This document shows, piece after piece, positions 58,973 to 64,000 of a stretch of 64,000 bases of DNA (its first letter is position 1; each line of letters starts with the position of its first letter). This stretch comes from Chloroflexota bacterium (GTDB lineage: Bacteria; Chloroflexota; Anaerolineae; Anaerolineales; UBA11579), in contig JABJGH010000030.1 of assembly GCA_018662365.1 (NCBI GenBank), positions 2,270 to 66,269 of the forward strand. The letters run 5' to 3'. The position numbers and the translations under genes were made by a program. Under the pieces are notes generated by a model. That model worked only from the letters and a program-made list of their open reading frames with translations. It searched no databases and was not told the DNA's origin.

Positions 58973-61135
58973 ATGAAAATTATAATCAACAAACTTAAAA
59001 AAGAGGAGATTTTTACAGAATCTTTCCTAGAATTAAATGAAAATAATGTAATCGATTTCCCTAATTCAGGCATTGCGATCATATATGGACCAAATGGAGC
59101 TGGAAAAACCTCATTTGCAAACATACTTGGGAATGAGTCTAATACGGAATTTTCAATTGAATTCAATGACAGATCAATAACTAACGAAAATTCTGAAAAC
59201 ATTTTTCATAATATCAGTGATCAAAACACAAGAAATATTATTCAGGGGAATACTGAGGATTTTATTTTAGGCGATAATATCAAATTAGAATACAAGTTAA
59301 AAAATGAAATTGATTCAAGTTTTTCTAATTTATTTGGAAACAGTTTAAAAACAATATTAAACAAGGATTTTGAAATTTCTGCAAAAAACAGTCCATTAAT
59401 AACAATTATTTCAAATAAATTATTGAAAGGTTTTGTTGAAAGCATTGTGAATGTTAGGGACAAAGGGAGGGGAATCGACAGGACTAATTTTATAAGTACA
59501 ATAGACTCATTAAAAACGATGAAACCCATCGATTTTGATGAAATAAAATATAAATATATTATTGGTGAATATAAAAATAAAAAATCAATTATTTCACAAA
59601 TCAATAAATTAGTGGAAACTGATTTTCAGAAAAACGAGTCTGTTCGACGAATTGAAGAAAACAAGGATGCGGTATACATTCTAGAAAAATATGATTATTT
59701 AAACGATTGTTTGGTTTGCGACAATGATATTGAAAGGAAGAAACTCCTCGAGGAAAAAATTAATAGCAAAGAGGAAACTTTCAGATCTCTCGATGATAAG
59801 ACAAAAAAAATACTTGAAGAAATCGTGAACAAAATCACCGCCAATGACCCTCTAAAAATTAAAGATGTGATCTTAGACACAATTATCAGCGGAGATTTTG
59901 CAAGGATACTTGTTCTAAAAACAGAAATTGATAAAGCATTTGAGATTTTCAATATTGATCTTAATAACCAATTCAAAGAATGTCTAAACGAAATTAATTT
60001 GAAATCAGATTTCAACGATTATGAAGAGCTGATAAAAGATAAGCCAATTTTAGAAAATGAAGATATATTATTTGTTCAAGGCTTAATTAATGATTACCTC
60101 GATAAGAAGATTGAGCTAATAAGAGACTTTAATGGCAATTTAAATTTGGTTCTTGCAAATAAAGATTTTCTAGGTATTGATAGAAAAGAATTACTGTTAA
60201 GCAATGGTGAGCAAAATTTTATTTCTTTATCCTTTGAATTATTAAAAGCAAAAAAATTAGAAACTCCAATTATTGTTCTAGATGACCCAATTTCAAGCTT
60301 TGATTCAATATATAAAAACAAAATTGCATATTCGATTTTGAAATTTTTGGAGAATAAAAAACAAATTATTCTTACTCACAATATTGATTTAATTAGATTG
60401 CTTACACACCAACGGCCAAATTCATTTAATTTATTTTTATTAAACAATACTTTAGGGGAAAAAAACGGTTTTATAAAAGTGTCCCAAGATGAAATAAAAT
60501 TGCTTCTTTATACTCATGAAATAATAAATTTTTTTAGAGATGCAGTATTTCGAGAAATTTTAGAGGAGAAAACCTTCCTCATTTCAACAATACCCTTCAT
60601 GAGAGGGTTTTCAATGCTAATAAATAATATTGAAATAAAAAACAAATTAACAAATCTTATGCATGGCTATAAAACTGAAATTGAAGATATCGCAGATTTA
60701 TATAACAAGTTGTTTGAACCTAAAATACCCTTAACCTCAATTAAAATTTCCGCTCAAGATATATTAAATATTGACCTTAATAATTTAGATATAGTAAATA
60801 AAGAAAAATATCCTCTCTTGAATAAATCTCTTGTTCACACCATAAATTATTTATTTATAAGATTAAAAGTAGAAAAGGTGCTCGTAGATAAATTTACTGT
60901 TGTAATTGAAGATTATGACACATTATACAAAATAATTAAAAAAGCTTTTGCCAATGGAACAGATAGCAATATAAAGTCGAGGAATTTTCTTTTATCAAGA
61001 AAAACATTATTAAATGAATTTAACCACTGTGAATTTGATTTAAACATTTTTCAACCAGCCATAGACATTACAAACTCCGCGCTAAATAAAGAAAAAACAG
61101 AAATTCTAGAGTTTCTTGACGAAATAAGTCAATAG
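58973..61135 (+). CDS. Rad50/RloC-like (AAA_13-type) ABC-ATPase with zinc hook and uncharacterised C-terminal domain
   Basis: Walker A YGPNGAGKTS, CLVC hook in the coiled coil, LSNGE signature, Walker B IVLDDPISSFD, LTHN; ATG at 58973 after GGAG; strongly AT-rich. Confidence 0.8.
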   Translation: MKIIINKLKKEEIFTESFLELNENNVIDFPNSGIAIIYGPNGAGKTSFANILGNESNTEFSIEFNDRSITNENSENIFHNISDQNTRNIIQGNTEDFILGDNIKLEYKLKNEIDSSFSNLFGNSLKTILNKDFEISAKNSPLITIISNKLLKGFVESIVNVRDKGRGIDRTNFISTIDSLKTMKPIDFDEIKYKYIIGEYKNKKSIISQINKLVETDFQKNESVRRIEENKDAVYILEKYDYLNDCLVCDNDIERKKLLEEKINSKEETFRSLDDKTKKILEEIVNKITANDPLKIKDVILDTIISGDFARILVLKTEIDKAFEIFNIDLNNQFKECLNEINLKSDFNDYEELIKDKPILENEDILFVQGLINDYLDKKIELIRDFNGNLNLVLANKDFLGIDRKELLLSNGEQNFISLSFELLKAKKLETPIIVLDDPISSFDSIYKNKIAYSILKFLENKKQIILTHNIDLIRLLTHQRPNSFNLFLLNNTLGEKNGFIKVSQDEIKLLLYTHEIINFFRDAVFREILEEKTFLISTIPFMRGFSMLINNIEIKNKLTNLMHGYKTEIEDIADLYNKLFEPKIPLTSIKISAQDILNIDLNNLDIVNKEKYPLLNKSLVHTINYLFIRLKVEKVLVDKFTVVIEDYDTLYKIIKKAFANGTDSNIKSRNFLLSRKTLLNEFNHCEFDLNIFQPAIDITNSALNKEKTEILEFLDEISQ

Positions 61136-61431
61136 ACAGGGATTTTCCATTATTTGTCAAAGAGTTATTTGGTTATTATTTTTCCCAAATAAGGAAAAAA
61201 ACAATAAGTTTTCTTAACATCATAAGCCTCCAATTTTAGCAAGAAATAAATAAGCAATCAAAAGAATTTAAGAAAAAACTTATACCGCCTCTGGTATGGC
61301 CACCCCATCTGCCAGCACTTGTGCCTAGGATTTGACCGATATAAAAATTTCCCCAATTTAAAATCGTTTTTCTATTATTAAACTTATGATATATTACCCC
61401 CTTAGTCAATATTGTATTCCTAGAGCAATAA

Positions 61432-61974
61432 ATGCATAATCTCAGACCTATTCACTCAATTGAAGATATTCCAACCAAATACCAAAACACACCGATTGGA
61501 TTGTTATTAGAATTTCACAATTTAAATAAAAAACCAGCCCTCTTTGAAGATGCTCAATTATTGATCGGGATGTGTATTGATAATCGGAAGCAATTAAACC
61601 TTCCTGAAAATTTTGCTTACGTACTTCGTTCTCCCGGCGCAAATTTTGATCAAGATGCTTTCGCAATATCGTATGCAGTCTTGGTGGGAGAAGTCCGGTA
61701 TATTGCTCTAATTGGACATAATGATTGCGGAATGGTGCAATTAGCCCATAAAAGGGAAACCTTTTTAAAGGGTTTGGAAGAAGTGGGGAATTGGGAAAAG
61801 GGAAAGGCTATCGAATTTTACGAGTCCAACCTAATTGAATATGGGCTTGAAAATGAAATTGACATATTAATTAGGCAAGCCACAGAGTTCAGGGGTTTAT
61901 ATCCGAAGGTCATCACGGTACCCATGCTATATCGGGTGGAAGACAAAAAACTTTTTTTGATCGAAAATAATTAG
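61432..61974 (+). CDS. Beta-class carbonic anhydrase
   Basis: C-x-D-x-R (CIDNR) and H-x-x-C (HNDCG) zinc ligands. Confidence 0.85.
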   Translation: MHNLRPIHSIEDIPTKYQNTPIGLLLEFHNLNKKPALFEDAQLLIGMCIDNRKQLNLPENFAYVLRSPGANFDQDAFAISYAVLVGEVRYIALIGHNDCGMVQLAHKRETFLKGLEEVGNWEKGKAIEFYESNLIEYGLENEIDILIRQATEFRGLYPKVITVPMLYRVEDKKLFLIENN

Positions 61975-62100
61975 CCCCCCAATCCCAACCATATTTTTTT
62001 AACCCGAAAAAATCACTAGGTAATTCCAGGCTTTTTAGCTTCGTACATATTTAAAAGAAAAATCAATTTCCCTTAAAGAATCTGGGGGGTAGAGAAAAAA

Positions 62101-62586
62101 ATGAATATCGTATTCGATTTTCTTAGTATGGATCAGTGGCTGGCGGTTTTACATATAGGTTTGGGTTTATGGTGGATAAAGTCCGTTTTACACAAACCGT
62201 ACCCCCATTTCCTCAAAGGTCAAATGGCAGATTGGACGATTGTTTTGGCTGAGAATCATCCCTTCCCCTTCTTGGCAATGCCGATCGCGGTAATGGTACA
62301 TAAAAGCCGATCTTGGTTTCCATGTTTACTTGTATTTGGGGAATTGTCCGCAGGAATTGGCTTAACCTTTGGCTTATTTACCCCCATCGCCCTAGTTGTG
62401 GCAATCCTACTCAATTTAAACTATCTGGATTTGGCGGGGGTACGCCCGAGGGATATCACCGTCAATAAAACCTATCAGTGTGAGCAAGGGCAAAATTGGA
62501 ATATGATCGTCCCCCAATTTGTCTTATTGGCACTTGGGGCGTGGGGTACTTGGAGTCTCGATTCGGTTTTCGGATTATTTTTGTAA
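62101..62586 (+). CDS. DoxX/DoxD-family membrane protein
   Basis: GEL-x-x-G-x-x-L-x-x-GL-x-T and G-x-WSLD motifs; four hydrophobic segments. Confidence 0.7.
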   Translation: MNIVFDFLSMDQWLAVLHIGLGLWWIKSVLHKPYPHFLKGQMADWTIVLAENHPFPFLAMPIAVMVHKSRSWFPCLLVFGELSAGIGLTFGLFTPIALVVAILLNLNYLDLAGVRPRDITVNKTYQCEQGQNWNMIVPQFVLLALGAWGTWSLDSVFGLFL

Positions 62587-62636
62587 GGGAAAAAATTTCA
62601 ACTTAGAAGTCTCGCGAAAAATCTTCATCACCTAAT

Positions 62637-62963
62637 TTAATTCCAGTCAGCTCCATCATAATATCGAGTACCACGATGTCCTTGACGTGGCACAGGTAAA
62701 CCTATTCGCTTCCCGGGAATTTCCACATAGATCAAGCTTCGGGGCTTACCAGACATCGGATTTACTGCACCTGTCTCAATCCGCGTAATCTTTAATCGGC
62801 CGACCAACATGTCTTTCCAAATCGTATATACATAATCTCCCACAGCCAATCTAGACGGTTTGCCAGCCATGTGGAATTCAAATTCTCCAGCACCCCCCTC
62901 ATACAAACTATCTACAGCCTCTTGACCATGTTTTTGCGGAATTGTTTTTGTAATACCACTCAT
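62637..62963 (-). CDS. Hypothetical protein, possible PUA/ASCH/EVE-like fold
   Basis: P-x-x-L-x-x-GD-x-VY...VG-x-x-x-I and terminal QG-x-RG-x-RY pattern; starts 1 nt after the deaminase stop. Confidence 0.5.
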   Translation of the reverse strand: MSGITKTIPQKHGQEAVDSLYEGGAGEFEFHMAGKPSRLAVGDYVYTIWKDMLVGRLKITRIETGAVNPMSGKPRSLIYVEIPGKRIGLPVPRQGHRGTRYYDGADWN

Positions 62964-62964
62964 C

Positions 62965-63408
62965 TTAGTTCACCTCAGTTTCCAGGTCGATTTCAATTTG
63001 TTTTAATTCTATCCCAGCCCCTTCAAAAAATGCCATCGCATTATCATCCACCCGATAACTATTCACATAAACCACCCGGGCAACCCCCGCATTGATCAAG
63101 GTCTTAGTACATTGAATGCATGGAAAATGAGTCACATAGCATGTTGCCCCTTTGGTTGAGACCCCATGCAAAGCAGCCTGAATGATCGCATTGGTTTCCG
63201 CATGAATGGTGCGCACACAATGACCATCTACCAATAAATGCCCCTCATTATCACAATGACCTTGACCGCTCGGAGATCCATTAAACCCGGTGGTTAATAT
63301 ACGCTTATCGATCACCATCACCGCCCCTACATGGGCTCGATCACAGGTGCTTCTTTCGGCGACTGCCAAAGAAATCTTTATAAAATAATCATCCCAGCTT
63401 GGTCTCAT
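62965..63408 (-). CDS. dCMP deaminase (ComEB family)
   Basis: RPSWD-x-YF, RSTC, G-x-NG-x-P, HAE-x-NA and PC-x-x-C motifs. Confidence 0.92.
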   Translation of the reverse strand: MRPSWDDYFIKISLAVAERSTCDRAHVGAVMVIDKRILTTGFNGSPSGQGHCDNEGHLLVDGHCVRTIHAETNAIIQAALHGVSTKGATCYVTHFPCIQCTKTLINAGVARVVYVNSYRVDDNAMAFFEGAGIELKQIEIDLETEVN

Positions 63409-63438
63409 CAGCTCACCTCGTATTGAATTATTGGCTTT

Positions 63439-63594
63439 CTATGAATTTAAAAAAGGCAAAACAAAAATGCTTATCCCGAAAATGATTAATAATGTTGCCA
63501 TATACCGAATTAATAAAGTCTTCTCTTCTTTATTTCTTATCAAATAGAGAATGATGGCTCCAAGTAATGCAAACCCTAACCCATAAAATGCCAT
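63439..63594 (-). CDS. Small 51-aa two-TM membrane protein (below the ORF-track cutoff)
   Basis: AGGAG-N5-ATG; MAFYGLGFALLGAIILYLIRNKEEKTLLIRYMATLLIIFGISIFVLPFLNS-TAG. Confidence 0.6.
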   Translation of the reverse strand: MAFYGLGFALLGAIILYLIRNKEEKTLLIRYMATLLIIFGISIFVLPFLNS

Positions 63595-63713
63595 AATTTC
63601 TCCTATAATTGATCAATGCTGAAAAAAACCTTGTTTTGATTATACTGATAAACCCAATTTATGGCGGGTATACTTAGTAAAAAATCATCTCTTTTTCAAA
63701 AGAGGAGTTTAAA

Positions 63714-64000
63714 ATGCAATATGCAGACTCATTAATCGATCTCATAGGCAAGACACCCCTGCTAAAACTTGGTCGCCTTTTTCCAAATGAGCAAGTTTTT
63801 GCTAAATGCGAGTTTATGAACCCAATGAGTGTAAAAGATCGCCCGGTACTTCAGATCATTTCGGATGCCGAGGAAGCGGGTCTTTTGAAACCCGGTGGGA
63901 CTTTAATAGAAACAACCAGCGGCAACACGGGGATGGCGGTCGCCTATATTTCTGCAATTAAGGGGTATAAAGCGATATTAGTCATGTCTGAAATTCAAAG
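63714..64000 (+). CDS. Cysteine synthase family (PLP), 3'-truncated by window edge
   Basis: GAGGAG RBS; IG-x-TPL, K-x-E-x-x-NP-x-SVKDR (PLP Lys) and TSGNTG motifs; absent from the ORF track. Confidence 0.9.
   Translation, partial: MQYADSLIDLIGKTPLLKLGRLFPNEQVFAKCEFMNPMSVKDRPVLQIISDAEEAGLLKPGGTLIETTSGNTGMAVAYISAIKGYKAILVMSEIQ

Noticed and set aside
61281-61340. Short GC-richer patch after the ATPase, possibly a gene 3' remnant or att site
   Set aside because: Too short, and no matching repeat was found on the other side of the ATPase

Overview
64 kb of bacterial chromosome (~40% GC by eye), mostly housekeeping genes. The gene set suggests Chloroflexota/Anaerolineae (inference from Pro/Thr-linker and NBR1-Ig lipoproteins, a 2M complex I, a b-delta fused AtpF and a stand-alone murE). 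No rRNA, tRNA, CRISPR array or transposase was recognised. Main observations: (1) two selenoprotein genes broken by the ORF caller at in-frame UGA codons, a membrane-anchored UxxC thioredoxin (878-1366) and a CxxU Rdx/SelW protein (4843-5100) whose stop overlaps the trpS start; each has a SECIS-like hairpin just downstream of the UGA. (2) A complex I cluster with only membrane subunits (nuoA-H-J-K-L-M-M-N), two NuoM copies and a lengthened NuoL lateral helix, directly upstream of the Fo genes. (3) A split ATP synthase: Fo genes with a b-delta fusion, and 14 kb away the F1 genes with a ~50-aa alpha insert, a Rex box over the promoter and a catalytically degenerate MreB paralog at the end. (4) A helically phased DnaA-box-like array abutting a 2-hydroxyacid dehydrogenase homolog that has lost its catalytic triad. 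(5) A very AT-rich stand-alone Rad50/RloC-like ABC-ATPase with a zinc hook, a defence candidate.
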